63,035 nt of DNA. Source: Bdellovibrionota bacterium (GTDB lineage: Bacteria; Bdellovibrionota_C; UBA2361; OMII01). The position numbers and the translations under genes are program-made. Of this stretch, positions 49,499 through 58,410 are shown piece by piece. The DNA lies in NCBI GenBank assembly GCA_044356215.1, contig JBIKWQ010000008.1, positions 1-63,035 on the forward strand. Reading direction: 5' to 3'. Positions within the stretch are counted from its first letter, which is position 1, and each line of letters opens with the position of its first letter. Below the pieces are notes generated by a model. That model had not been told where the DNA came from. It did no database searches and saw only the letters and a program-made list of their open reading frames with translations.

Positions 49499-50611
49499 CT
49501 ACCCAACAACCCTCAAACCAACCGATCTAAAGCTTGTATACTTAGTGCTTAGAACCTCGATGTAACATCGATCGGACGATCGATGAATTATCTCGGCTCC
49601 ATACAAGATCGGTCCACTCGGTGAATCGCGCCTCATCGGTAAGATTCCTGAATCGATCGCCTTAATATCTGCCATCACGATCCGCTGACTCGGCCACGAT
49701 CTGTTCCAGGAGTTTATAAAGCGCTGAATCTCGCTCTCCATTACCTGGGGTTTTTGGGGGGAATCTAAGTGAGGACTTGAACACGGATAATACCATGTGC
49801 CGATAGTGGTGAATTCCCCGCGCGGAACCGCGAAAAAAAGTCGCCCATCGTCACTCTGAGTAGCGGTGGCATAAGTGGGATCGATTAGACGATTGATCGT
49901 TACATTAAATCCTATGCACCAATCAGGTCGTGTCCCGCGTAGCGACTCAGGGATCTCAACCGAACTTAACCACGGACCGAGCGTGTTGACCACTCTCTCG
50001 GCTAACAACGATTGACCTGTGCTTGTGGTGACAACAAAACCATGAGCGCCCCGCTCAATCCGCGTAACCATAGTGGATTCTCGTATCTCTCCACCTTTGG
50101 TTGTTATCTCCGTGGCGGCACACTTGGCTAATCCCTGTGGATCCGTCATTACAAGGTCGTGCCAACAGAGGGCTCCGTTTGGGGCGTAATCGCTCAAGGT
50201 GGGTGATAGCTCCGCTAAAAGCTCCTTGGAGTTTAATACCCTGGGTGGGTTTAACTTTGAGCGAGCGGCGCGCATAGTGGCACCGTAAAGGATCGCCGCC
50301 ACGCTTACTGGAATCCTACTCTTTAATCCAAAGCGGGTAAGGGGCATTAGACAAGCTAGTGGTTTTACGTATTGGGAGTAGTCAGTGGCGACAGATGTCT
50401 GATCTCCCAGCGATCGGAAGACGCGAGGCAGATCAAACTTCTGCAGGTAACGAAATCCTCCGTGGATAATGCGTAGCGTATTATCTGATGTAGCCGAAGC
50501 TATCTCGCGAGCCTCAAGAATAACGGGCCGCTGCCCAGATCGAGCCGCGGCCAACCCAACGCCCAACCCAGATATTCCGCCGCCAATAATGATGATGCTC
50601 TTTTTGTTCAA
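49499..50611 (-). CDS. FAD-dependent oxidoreductase, glycerol-3-phosphate dehydrogenase-like
   Basis: 'IIIIGGGISG', 'SATSDNTLRIIHGGFRYL', 'VVNTLGPW', 'KYTSFR'; start reassigned to TTG 50611 because the upstream extension is largely MITE sequence. Confidence 0.8.
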   Translation of the reverse strand: MNKKSIIIIGGGISGLGVGLAAARSGQRPVILEAREIASATSDNTLRIIHGGFRYLQKFDLPRVFRSLGDQTSVATDYSQYVKPLACLMPLTRFGLKSRIPVSVAAILYGATMRAARSKLNPPRVLNSKELLAELSPTLSDYAPNGALCWHDLVMTDPQGLAKCAATEITTKGGEIRESTMVTRIERGAHGFVVTTSTGQSLLAERVVNTLGPWLSSVEIPESLRGTRPDWCIGFNVTINRLIDPTYATATQSDDGRLFFAVPRGEFTTIGTWYYPCSSPHLDSPQKPQVMESEIQRFINSWNRSWPSQRIVMADIKAIDSGILPMRRDSPSGPILYGAEIIHRSSDRCYIEVLSTKYTSFRSVGLRVVG

Positions 50612-50626
50612 GGCTTTACGTTTTTG

Positions 50627-50788
50627 GGGGGCTTTGCAGTTTTTTATCACCACAGAGGACGCAGAGGACACAGAGAACGGCCATTTTATGGGCAATTAAG
50701 GGGTTTTCTCTGTGTCCTCTGCGTCCTCTGTGGTAAAAATATTTTACTAATTGCCTCAGCAACTTACCACAAACACTGCGACGCCCTG
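50627..50788 (-). mobile_element. MITE copy 2 (162 bp, reverse orientation)
   Basis: Reverse complement of copy 1; end ACTGCGACGCCCTG; ACGTTTTTG at 50618-50626 and 50789-50797. Confidence 0.9.
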
Positions 50789-50895
50789 ACGTTTTTGGGG
50801 GTGAGGCTATGTAGAACGTGTTGCGACCAATTTTATCCTGTGACACTAACTTTCTGGCGAGGAGATCCGCAAGATCTTTGCGAGCTTTTTTACTT

Positions 50896-51231
50896 CTACG
50901 CCGCCAAAACTCGCACCTCCGCTCGCTTGGCTGAGCGAGACTTGGGTTTCACTGTAATCTCGATGTCACAACCTAAGGCGTTTAGGAAACGGAAGAGGCG
51001 GTCGGTGGAAAATCCATCTAGCTGTCCGCGCAAAAGATGTGAAACCTTCGGCTGGTCTATTCCGAGCAGCTCGGCTGCTCGTGCTTGAGTCAACCTTCGC
51101 TTCTTAATCATCTCTGAGATGCGGAAAACCAGACCTGATTTCGCGTGCAATTCCTCCGCGTCGGCAAGTCCAAGATCGGCAAAGACATTGGTTCTGCTTT
51201 CGCGTATTTTCGATGGGGCTTTCTTAGACAT
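50896..51231 (-). CDS. HigA-like XRE antitoxin (HTH_37-like)
   Basis: 'NVFADLGL', 'LTQARAAELLGIDQPKVSHL', 'FSTDRL'; start ATG 51231. Confidence 0.9.
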   Translation of the reverse strand: MSKKAPSKIRESRTNVFADLGLADAEELHAKSGLVFRISEMIKKRRLTQARAAELLGIDQPKVSHLLRGQLDGFSTDRLFRFLNALGCDIEITVKPKSRSAKRAEVRVLAA

Positions 51232-51613
51232 TTTTGGGCCTCCTAAGTTGTTCGAGTTTCCACCAGTTATAATCAATCTCGGCGTTCTTCAGTCTTTTCT
51301 TAATCAGTTCAATCTCGTGCTTTGGAGTTGAGATCCCGATCTTCGACTTCTTACTAAACACATGGAGCACATAGACAACCCCGCTAAACCTAACTGTATA
51401 TATTCCTCTGAAGGTATCCCCTAAGTGATCTTTTACGACCTCAACTATCCCTGCGTCGCTAAAGCCCCGTAAAGGTTTGGCGTCAGGGTGCTTACCACCA
51501 CGTTGAGCCTGATCGATTGCAAATCCAAACGCTTTTCGGACCTCGCTCGGCAGATCCCGCAGATCTTTATAGCTTGATCCAATCCATCTGACGGGTTTCA
51601 CTTCCTCTTCCAT
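51224..51613 (-). CDS. RelE/HigB-like toxin (Gp49-like)
   Basis: 'WIGSSYKDL', 'AKPLRGF', 'VYVLHVFSKKSK', 'TPKHEIELIKKRL'; toxin-first order. Confidence 0.9.
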   Translation of the reverse strand: MEEEVKPVRWIGSSYKDLRDLPSEVRKAFGFAIDQAQRGGKHPDAKPLRGFSDAGIVEVVKDHLGDTFRGIYTVRFSGVVYVLHVFSKKSKIGISTPKHEIELIKKRLKNAEIDYNWWKLEQLRRPKNV

Positions 51614-51756
51614 AATATGCCATTTTTAGTATAAATGCTCGTGTTTTCTATCTCTCGATCAGTGATGTGAGTGTTTGTAGGTGCTTAGACATGTTTTTGC
51701 CTTCAGGTAATTCGAATTCGGCTAGCTACGAGTATGCTTTTGAGTCCGCGACTGTG

Positions 51757-51810
51757 GCAGAAACACGCTTCTGGCTGGAGTGCCTTAGAGTTATCGTGCA
51801 AAGAGGTTAA
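51757..51810 (+). pseudogene. possible fragment of a four-helix-bundle (IVS/Avd-like) gene
   Basis: 'AETRFWLECL' within a 39-aa ORF (51691-51810) resembles the 'ET.YWL' motif. Confidence 0.35.
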
Positions 51811-51838
51811 ATGTTTCTGAATGCTCAGCGAGTACACC

Positions 51839-51933
51839 CAGAGGACACAGAGAAAACCCCATAATTGCCCATAAAATAGCCGTTCTCTGTCTCCTCTGCG
51901 TCCTCAGTGGTGATAAAGAACTGCGCCGCCCCA
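51839..51933 (+). mobile_element. MITE copy 4, 5'-truncated
   Basis: CAGAGGACACAGAGAAAACCCCATAATTGCCCATAAAATAGCCGTTCTCTG...GGTGATAAAGAACTGCGCCGCCCCA matches the right part of copy 1. Confidence 0.85.
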
Positions 51934-52007
51934 GGCCGCAAAAATGGGCCACGACTGGCTTTGCATATTATGTTAAGATCCTGTCGTTGTTTTTATTAAT
52001 GTAAATT

Positions 52008-53210
52008 ATGTCGAAGAACTCTATAACTTTAGCCGATATCGAGAACGCGCGCGCTAGGCTGGCGCCTTATCTTCAGATGACTTCGGTGACAACTGCGCCT
52101 GGTTTATCCGAGGAATTTAGCCGGAATATTTATTGTAAGTGGGATAACAAGCTTAGAACCGGAGCTTTTAAGGAGCGAGGCGCGCTTAATTTCCTGCTCA
52201 GTTTAGATAAGAGCGCTTTGGCTCGCGGAGTTTGCGCCGCTAGCGCCGGAAATCACGCTTTGGCGTTAAGTCTTCACTCTAATCGGCTTGGTGTACCGTG
52301 TCACTTGGTTATGCCTGTCTCGGCGCCACTGGTTAAAGTTGAGTCGTGCCGGCGTTTGGGGGCGAAGATAACTCAGGTGCCCACTTTATACGAAGCTTTA
52401 GAGCTCGCCGCCAAATGGCCCGAGCAGCACGGATATACTTACATCCCTCCGTTCGATCACGAGTTGGTAATAGCGGGGCAGGGGGTATCTGGACTTGAGA
52501 TATTAGAGCAGTGCGACGATTTCGATTCGATCGTGATCCCGATCGGAGGAGGCGGTTACGCCGCGGGAGTGGCTACCGCTGTGAAGGCGAAGAGGCCTGA
52601 TGTGTTTATCTTAGGTGTCTGCTCTCAATGGGCTCTTAACGCGCGTAATAATAAACCGCAGCCGGGTGGGTTCATTCCGATGACGATCGCCGATGGTATC
52701 GCTGTTAAATCGATCGGGAGTGTAACGGGGCCGATAATTGACGCCAAAGTTGATAAGGTTGTCGCGGTGAGTGAGGAGTCGATCGCTAAAGCGTTGGTGA
52801 TGGTGCTTGAGCTCGAGCACGCGGTTATTGAGGGGGCAGCGGCCGCGAGTATAGCGGGGTTGTTAGAGGGACACCTCCCAGATCGTTACCGCAAGCCGAT
52901 GGTTTTCATGTGTGGAAGTAACATCGACACGAATATCCTGTCGCGCTTGATCGAGTACAATATGGCTGAGCGTGGTCGGTTGCTGAGAGTCAGGATCACC
53001 TTGCCGGATAGGCCAGGTATGTTACGTCAGATATCGGGGATTATCGCTTCGCTTGGAGCGAATGTGTTGCAGGTGATGCACGATAGATCTTACGCCAAGG
53101 CGCCGGGACACGTAGATATCACTGTGATGATGGAGGTGCGCAGTCGCGAGCACGCCAAAGAGATAGTCGATAGCTTGGTCGCTGATGGTCTGCCGACTGA
53201 GGTGATGTAG
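52008..53210 (+). CDS. ilvA: threonine ammonia-lyase, ~400-aa form with single ACT domain
   Basis: 'RTGAFKERGA', 'ASAGNHA', 'IAGQG', 'PIGGGG', 'TIADGIAV', 'LPDRPGML'. Confidence 0.92.
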   Translation: MSKNSITLADIENARARLAPYLQMTSVTTAPGLSEEFSRNIYCKWDNKLRTGAFKERGALNFLLSLDKSALARGVCAASAGNHALALSLHSNRLGVPCHLVMPVSAPLVKVESCRRLGAKITQVPTLYEALELAAKWPEQHGYTYIPPFDHELVIAGQGVSGLEILEQCDDFDSIVIPIGGGGYAAGVATAVKAKRPDVFILGVCSQWALNARNNKPQPGGFIPMTIADGIAVKSIGSVTGPIIDAKVDKVVAVSEESIAKALVMVLELEHAVIEGAAAASIAGLLEGHLPDRYRKPMVFMCGSNIDTNILSRLIEYNMAERGRLLRVRITLPDRPGMLRQISGIIASLGANVLQVMHDRSYAKAPGHVDITVMMEVRSREHAKEIVDSLVADGLPTEVM

Positions 53211-53239
53211 TTATCGTGGCTGAGGTTTCGCAGCGCAAA

Positions 53240-53731
53240 TCACTCCCGACCCCTCGGTGGCATCGGTTCCTCAGGTAATCCGAGCAACATTCGGAAGCGG
53301 TGCCTTAAATAGACCTCCATCGAATCGACGACACCATTACACTTAATCAACGTATCGATCGTGTTAGCTACAGCGCGCTTGGTCGCTGGGTCGAGGTGGT
53401 CCTTTAGCAAACTAGCCTCAGCCGAGCTGCTACGCATGCTCGCTAGGGCACTGCGCGCTTTAGCGATTAATCCAGAGGCGGTTTCATCCGAGATCTTAAA
53501 GATCGATTTTAGGCCGGTGATGATCACGGAGCGCTCAAAACGATCAACCATGTGATCAGATGAGGCGACCTCAACCAGCACTATCGCTGTCGCTAACTGG
53601 ACATCGATATTCCTGCCTCCCTTAGTAGGCTTCTGATTCTTCAGCGCCTTTAGCTGATCGAGAAGGCTCTCTGGTTGAACGTTAGATAAATTGTTGGGGT
53701 TATTACCGCCACGACTTCCTGTGTTGCTCAT
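53240..53731 (-). CDS. TerB-family (tellurite-resistance-like) protein
   Basis: 'LATAIVLVEVASSDHMVDRFE' ... 'NGVVDSMEVYL...LLGL'; start ATG 53731. Confidence 0.75.
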   Translation of the reverse strand: MSNTGSRGGNNPNNLSNVQPESLLDQLKALKNQKPTKGGRNIDVQLATAIVLVEVASSDHMVDRFERSVIITGLKSIFKISDETASGLIAKARSALASMRSSSAEASLLKDHLDPATKRAVANTIDTLIKCNGVVDSMEVYLRHRFRMLLGLPEEPMPPRGRE

Positions 53732-53783
53732 GGATCGATAATACTGGTTATGTGGGGCCAAAACAAACCCTCTTCACTTCTGC

Positions 53784-53945
53784 TAGGCCGCCGCAATTCT
53801 TTATCACCACAGAGGACGCAGAGGACACAGAGAACGGCCATTTTATGGGCAATTATGGGGTTTTCTCTGTGTCCTCTGCGTCCTCTGTGGTAAAAATATT
53901 TCACTAATTATCCCAGCAGCTTACCAAAAACACTGCGACCCTCTT
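53784..53945 (-). mobile_element. MITE copy 3 (162 bp, reverse orientation)
   Basis: Ends TAGGCCGCCGCAAT / ACTGCGACCCTCTT; CACTTCTGC at 53775-53783 and 53946-53954. Confidence 0.9.
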
Positions 53946-54742
53946 CACTTCTGCTGTCGCTGAAATGTGAGGGTATGAACAACCCGTTCTAACTCAGGTA
54001 ATCCTGGCACCCCAACAGGGGCTAAAATCCTGTAGATACAGTGTGTTTCATCATCAATAAAAGGAAATCTTACCTGCCCAACACCCTGATTCGGCTTCTT
54101 CATCGTGCTTGCCGCCGCTACGGTCGTCCAAGGATTAAGACCAGCGCAGTCTCGGTACTGAACAACAAAGGGGACATCGGCCAGTTTTCGGGCATCTGAT
54201 AGGACGGTGACTTTGGCTACGCAGGTAAGCCCACTAGGGACTCGGTTTGCCTGTCGGATAATGAGCCTGTTCTCAAAGTATATATCGCATCGACCCACGA
54301 TAGCCGCGCCTACCTCGAGGGTCGCAGCGTCTATCTGAGTGAGCAGCGGATTAACCGTTAGTCTGATCGAAACGGTTCCTCCGTCTTCCGGAATATCGAC
54401 ATTCACGTGAGCCACACCGGTTTCCGATGATATCTCCAAAGTTATCTGGCCGGCTACAGGAGCTGTAGTTAGTTGGAACTCTCCGGAAGGCGATGTTGTG
54501 TCTTCGCTACCACTCTCTAAGATCCTAATGCTGATATCACTGACCGGTTCTCCGGATTGATCGACAACCGCGCCCTGAACAAGAACGATCGGCTCTGTTC
54601 CCGTACCTGTTCCCGCCGAGCCACCACCGCACCCCATCAGAGCTAGCACGATTACAAGAGCTAAAGAGAAGAACCCGAGCATGATCCCACTTCCACCTGT
54701 GGCGCTATCTGCTTTCATCGCTGACCTCCAGGTTGTCTTCAT
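53945..54742 (-). CDS. lipoprotein with carboxypeptidase-regulatory-like (beta-sandwich) domain
   Basis: 'LMGCGGGSAGTG' lipobox; 'VQGAVVDQSGEPVSD...TTSPSGEF'. Confidence 0.7.
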   Translation of the reverse strand: MKTTWRSAMKADSATGGSGIMLGFFSLALVIVLALMGCGGGSAGTGTGTEPIVLVQGAVVDQSGEPVSDISIRILESGSEDTTSPSGEFQLTTAPVAGQITLEISSETGVAHVNVDIPEDGGTVSIRLTVNPLLTQIDAATLEVGAAIVGRCDIYFENRLIIRQANRVPSGLTCVAKVTVLSDARKLADVPFVVQYRDCAGLNPWTTVAAASTMKKPNQGVGQVRFPFIDDETHCIYRILAPVGVPGLPELERVVHTLTFQRQQK

Positions 54743-55574
54743 CTTGTGGTAGTTCGCAGAGACTAAACGAACCTAGTGTGACCTTCGCGCCCCCAGCTTC
54801 GGAATAACGCGCTGGATTTAGATCTTTATCGAGTGAGCCGATGTATTCACGCGCCTCAGCATGCAGAGCCGCGCCTTTTTTAAGGAGCCACTCGCGGATC
54901 GCTGGAACCTCATTCACCGACACGTTGTCGAAGTGAGTGGAGATGTGCAGATTCGGGATCGGTGTGGATTTCGTTATATTGCGATCAACTCCTTCAACGA
55001 GTGTTTGAAGATCCCTCTCAAGTAGGGTGTAGGCGTCATCGACATCACCTGAGATCTGGTAAGAATTCCACAGGAGCCTTAACTCGCTACCTTTGCGCTC
55101 AACCAGACCTAGTCGCTCTAATTCAAATAAAACCGTACTCGGATTGAGATCGGAGCTGATTCCCTTGACCAGCTCAGCGAAGTCGCTTTGCGAACCCTCA
55201 AAAGAGAGCGCACGTGGTTTGGCGTCGCGAGAAAATCTCTCACCAGATCCCCAGGCTCCGATAACTCTTGTAAGTAGATCTAGGTGCTGTTCTGACTCGT
55301 TAATTGGAGATGATATCCGTTGCACATCACGGCGTTGCAGCCCGGTCATAACGCTAAGTTTGCTGATAGTTAGGTCCTGCTTGGCGCGCCGTAGCTCCGC
55401 GCGAGCCTCCTCGATCAAAAGAGATTTCAGTTCATCGACGATAGCGCGCACCTTTATCCCTCGCCGCAGGCCGAACCGCACCGCGGGACGGAGCAGGTTT
55501 CTTAAGATTGATGCGGAACTATTTTTAATGGGCATTTTGCACAGAGGGCGAGTTGATGCGATAAACTGTTCCAT
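54705..55574 (-). CDS. DUF6502-like DNA-binding protein
   Basis: 'LLRPAVR', 'ISKLSVMTGLQRRDV', 'RVIGAW', 'FAELV...VLFELERLG'. Confidence 0.75.
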   Translation of the reverse strand: MEQFIASTRPLCKMPIKNSSASILRNLLRPAVRFGLRRGIKVRAIVDELKSLLIEEARAELRRAKQDLTISKLSVMTGLQRRDVQRISSPINESEQHLDLLTRVIGAWGSGERFSRDAKPRALSFEGSQSDFAELVKGISSDLNPSTVLFELERLGLVERKGSELRLLWNSYQISGDVDDAYTLLERDLQTLVEGVDRNITKSTPIPNLHISTHFDNVSVNEVPAIREWLLKKGAALHAEAREYIGSLDKDLNPARYSEAGGAKVTLGSFSLCELPQDEDNLEVSDESR

Positions 55575-55644
55575 AAATATAACTTTATTTCGATTTTAGC
55601 AATGGGGAAAAAGCCCATGAATAAGTGCTGTTGAGGAATTAGGA

Positions 55645-56102
55645 AGGGAGTATAATTTAATCCTGAGCTGGCAGACTCTTTGGGCCCTAGCCTCTGTGAT
55701 ACTCTGTTTACCTCTGTGGTTTCCTCCCTATCCGTAACATCTAGGATTGAACCACAGAGGAACACAGAGGAGGGAATATGATTTAACCCTGGGCCGGCAG
55801 AATTTTGGGTTCTGACCTCTGTGATACTCTGTGTACCTCTGTGGTTTCCCCCCTATCCGTAACATCTAGGATTGAACCACAGAGGAACACAGAGGAGGGA
55901 ATATGATTTAACCCTGGGCCGGCAGAATTTTGGGTCCTGACCTCTGTGATACTCTGTGTACCTCTGTGGTTTCCTCCCTATCCGTAACATCTAGGATTGA
56001 ACCACAGAGGAACACAGAGGAGGGATGTTGCTTAATCTTGGGCCGGCAGAATTTTGGGTTCTGACCTCTGTGATACTCTGTGTACCTCTGTGGTTTCCTC
56101 CC
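55645..56102. repeat. tandem array 2 of 125-bp hairpin unit (~3.6 copies)
   Basis: CCCTATCCGTAACATCTAGGATTGAACCACAGAGG at 55726, 55851, 55976; same family as 37401-37700. Confidence 0.95.
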
Positions 56103-56294
56103 GTTCATTAGTATTGAGGACCAAGGGTGAATCCTTAAATAGGGGACTATCCCCCAAAACTCTTGGCTACGGCCAACGGGATTAGCTTCGCAAAGCCGTC
56201 GTTTAAAAGGAGCTAATGTTATTGCGACAACATTTGCTGAGTATTTAAAAACAGTCTAATATCCCCACCTAACTACCTAAAAGAGGGACCCCCG

Positions 56295-57230
56295 ATGCAG
56301 AAAAACGCCTCGATATACATAGCTGGGCACAGAGGATTAGTTGGCAGTAATTTAAAGCAGCTCTTTGAGCAGCGCGGGTATTCAAAGATCCTAGCGCCGG
56401 CCAGGAGCGAGCTGGACCTGCTTGATCAGCAGGCTGTTGTGAAGTTCTTTGAGCAGGAGCGTCCTGAATACGCGATCATCTGCGCTGCCAAGGTAGGCGG
56501 AATCTTGTTTAACAATCAGTATCAGGCAGATTTTCTCTACGAGAATGTTCTTCTGGCGGCGAATGTTGTTCACGCCGCGCATTTAAGCGGTGTAAAGAAA
56601 CTCCTATTCCTCGGAAGCTCGTGCATCTATCCGCGACAGGCAACGCAGCCGATTCGGGAGGAGAGCCTTTTAACTGGCCCACTTGAGCCGACCAACGAGG
56701 GGTACGCTTTGGCGAAGATCGTTGGCTTAAAGTTGTGTGAGAAGTATCGCAACCAGTATGGGCGGAATTTTATCTCAGCGATGCCGACCAACCTTTACGG
56801 CCCGGGAGACAACTTTCATCCGGACCACTCGCACGTGATACCAGGGATGATGCGGCGGTTTCATGAGGCCAAGATTAACGATGCCAAGCAAGTTACGATC
56901 TGGGGCAGTGGGAGTCCGATGCGGGAGTTCCTGTACATCACCGATCTCGCCGAAGCGCTATTCCTTTTGATGGAGCGCTATGAGGAAGCGGAGACGATAA
57001 ATGTTGGAACGGGCCAGGATGTATCGATCTCAGAGCTCGCCGTTTTGATGAAAGAGGTCACCGGGTTTCAGGGAGAGATCGTCTATGACCGTTCAAAGCC
57101 TGATGGAATGATGCGAAAAGTTTTGGATGTTTCGCGTATCAATAGCCTCGGATGGAAACCGAGAATCTCGCTGAAAGAGGGGCTTAACAAGACTTACTCT
57201 TGGGCGGTGGAGAATGGAGTGTTTGGGTAA
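56295..57230 (+). CDS. fcl: GDP-L-fucose synthase
   Basis: 'AGHRGLVGS', 'AAKVGGI', 'LGSSCIYP', 'LEPTNEGYALAK', 'MPTNLYGPGDNF'. Confidence 0.96.
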   Translation: MQKNASIYIAGHRGLVGSNLKQLFEQRGYSKILAPARSELDLLDQQAVVKFFEQERPEYAIICAAKVGGILFNNQYQADFLYENVLLAANVVHAAHLSGVKKLLFLGSSCIYPRQATQPIREESLLTGPLEPTNEGYALAKIVGLKLCEKYRNQYGRNFISAMPTNLYGPGDNFHPDHSHVIPGMMRRFHEAKINDAKQVTIWGSGSPMREFLYITDLAEALFLLMERYEEAETINVGTGQDVSISELAVLMKEVTGFQGEIVYDRSKPDGMMRKVLDVSRINSLGWKPRISLKEGLNKTYSWAVENGVFG

Positions 57231-58410
57231 ACACCTCCTCTAAACTATCTGCAGCCATCTTCCATGTAAATCGCTCGGCGCGCTTAACGCAGGCGGTGCT
57301 CATTTTTGGATAATCGGGTTCTCGTTCGATAAGCCATTTCATCGCGGACGCGATCGCTTCGGGGCTCGCGCCATGACAGAGGTAACCGGTCTCCTCGTGT
57401 AATACAGTCTCCGCCGGTCCGCCCCCACGCATCGCTATCACCGGAGTTCCACACGCCATCGCCTCTACCGGGGTAAGACCAAAGGGCTCCTCCTCGGCAG
57501 CGTGAATCAATCCATAACTAGTTCTTAGTTGTTCAATCATCTCGGGATCGGAAACAGTTTGAAGAAACGTAACGCGCTTAACTAGATTTAAATCCGCGGT
57601 GAGCGAGACAAGGGAATCGTACTCTTCGCCCCTGCCGATAACTGTCAGGGTTACGCGCTCATCTGAGATACTCGTTAAGGCTCGAATTATCTTATCGATG
57701 TTCTTAAACTTAGTTAGACGGGCGCAGGTGATGAATTTAAAGTTAGTTTTCTGGGTTTCTGGTGATGGCGAGAAGCGTACTGTGTCGACTCCTGGGTAAC
57801 ATATCCCTAACTTTTCACCTCGGTAATTATACGCCGCGAGCGCTAAAGACTTAGAGAACTCAGAGTTGGCGAAAACAAAATCTGTGTGGCGCGCGAGATG
57901 GGTATCAACCGCTTTTAGAATTGGGTTGAGAGCTCTGGCTCCGATGCCCGCGGCGTTCATTGGAAGCGCGCTAATCCATTTCTTAGAATGGATAAAAGCT
58001 GAGGGCTCCTGGCACATCCAGATATGACGCAGAGATTCTTTACGTAGAAGCTTCGCCCCAAACCCCCACCAATTAGCCGGAAAAACCTGAGAGAAAACGA
58101 TATCGGGGTTAATATCGTCAATTAATTTGAGTGTCTTGTTGAAAAGAATCGGCAGATTTGGCCAGTACCAGATCGAGCTAGATAGCGGTCCTCCGAGATC
58201 GTGAAATGTGATCTCATTATAAAAATCAGAGACGATCTGCGGGGAGTTCCTGATGCTCGCTATATGCACTTTCCAGCCACGTCGAGCAAGTTCACGCCCT
58301 GTTTCTAAAGCGTGACGTCCGGCTCCTCCAGGTAAGGTAAAGTGCGGATGTAGGTAGAGTACAGTGCGACTCAATCTTTCCTCCGCGAGTGATCCCTTGT
58401 GGTCGCCCAC
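57184..58410 (-). CDS. GT4 glycosyltransferase (ALG2-like N-terminus)
   Basis: 'HPHFTLPGGA', 'EEPFGLTPVEAMACGTPVIA...GGPAETV'. Confidence 0.9.
   Translation of the reverse strand: MGDHKGSLAEERLSRTVLYLHPHFTLPGGAGRHALETGRELARRGWKVHIASIRNSPQIVSDFYNEITFHDLGGPLSSSIWYWPNLPILFNKTLKLIDDINPDIVFSQVFPANWWGFGAKLLRKESLRHIWMCQEPSAFIHSKKWISALPMNAAGIGARALNPILKAVDTHLARHTDFVFANSEFSKSLALAAYNYRGEKLGICYPGVDTVRFSPSPETQKTNFKFITCARLTKFKNIDKIIRALTSISDERVTLTVIGRGEEYDSLVSLTADLNLVKRVTFLQTVSDPEMIEQLRTSYGLIHAAEEEPFGLTPVEAMACGTPVIAMRGGGPAETVLHEETGYLCHGASPEAIASAMKWLIEREPDYPKMSTACVKRAERFTWKMAADSLEEVFTQTLHSPPPKSKSC

Noticed and set aside
51691..51933. Diversity-generating retroelement (Avd-like fragment)
   Set aside because: No reverse transcriptase and no TR/VR pair seen
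55645..56102. CRISPR array (also 37401-37700)
   Set aside because: Period is ~125 bp, intervening sequences are near-identical rather than unique spacers, and no cas genes are present
56178..56220. c-di-GMP-I riboswitch upstream of fcl (CGCAAAGCC)
   Set aside because: The preceding GGCAAAC/GNRA stem is missing; only a simple ATTAGCT/AGCTAAT hairpin is present
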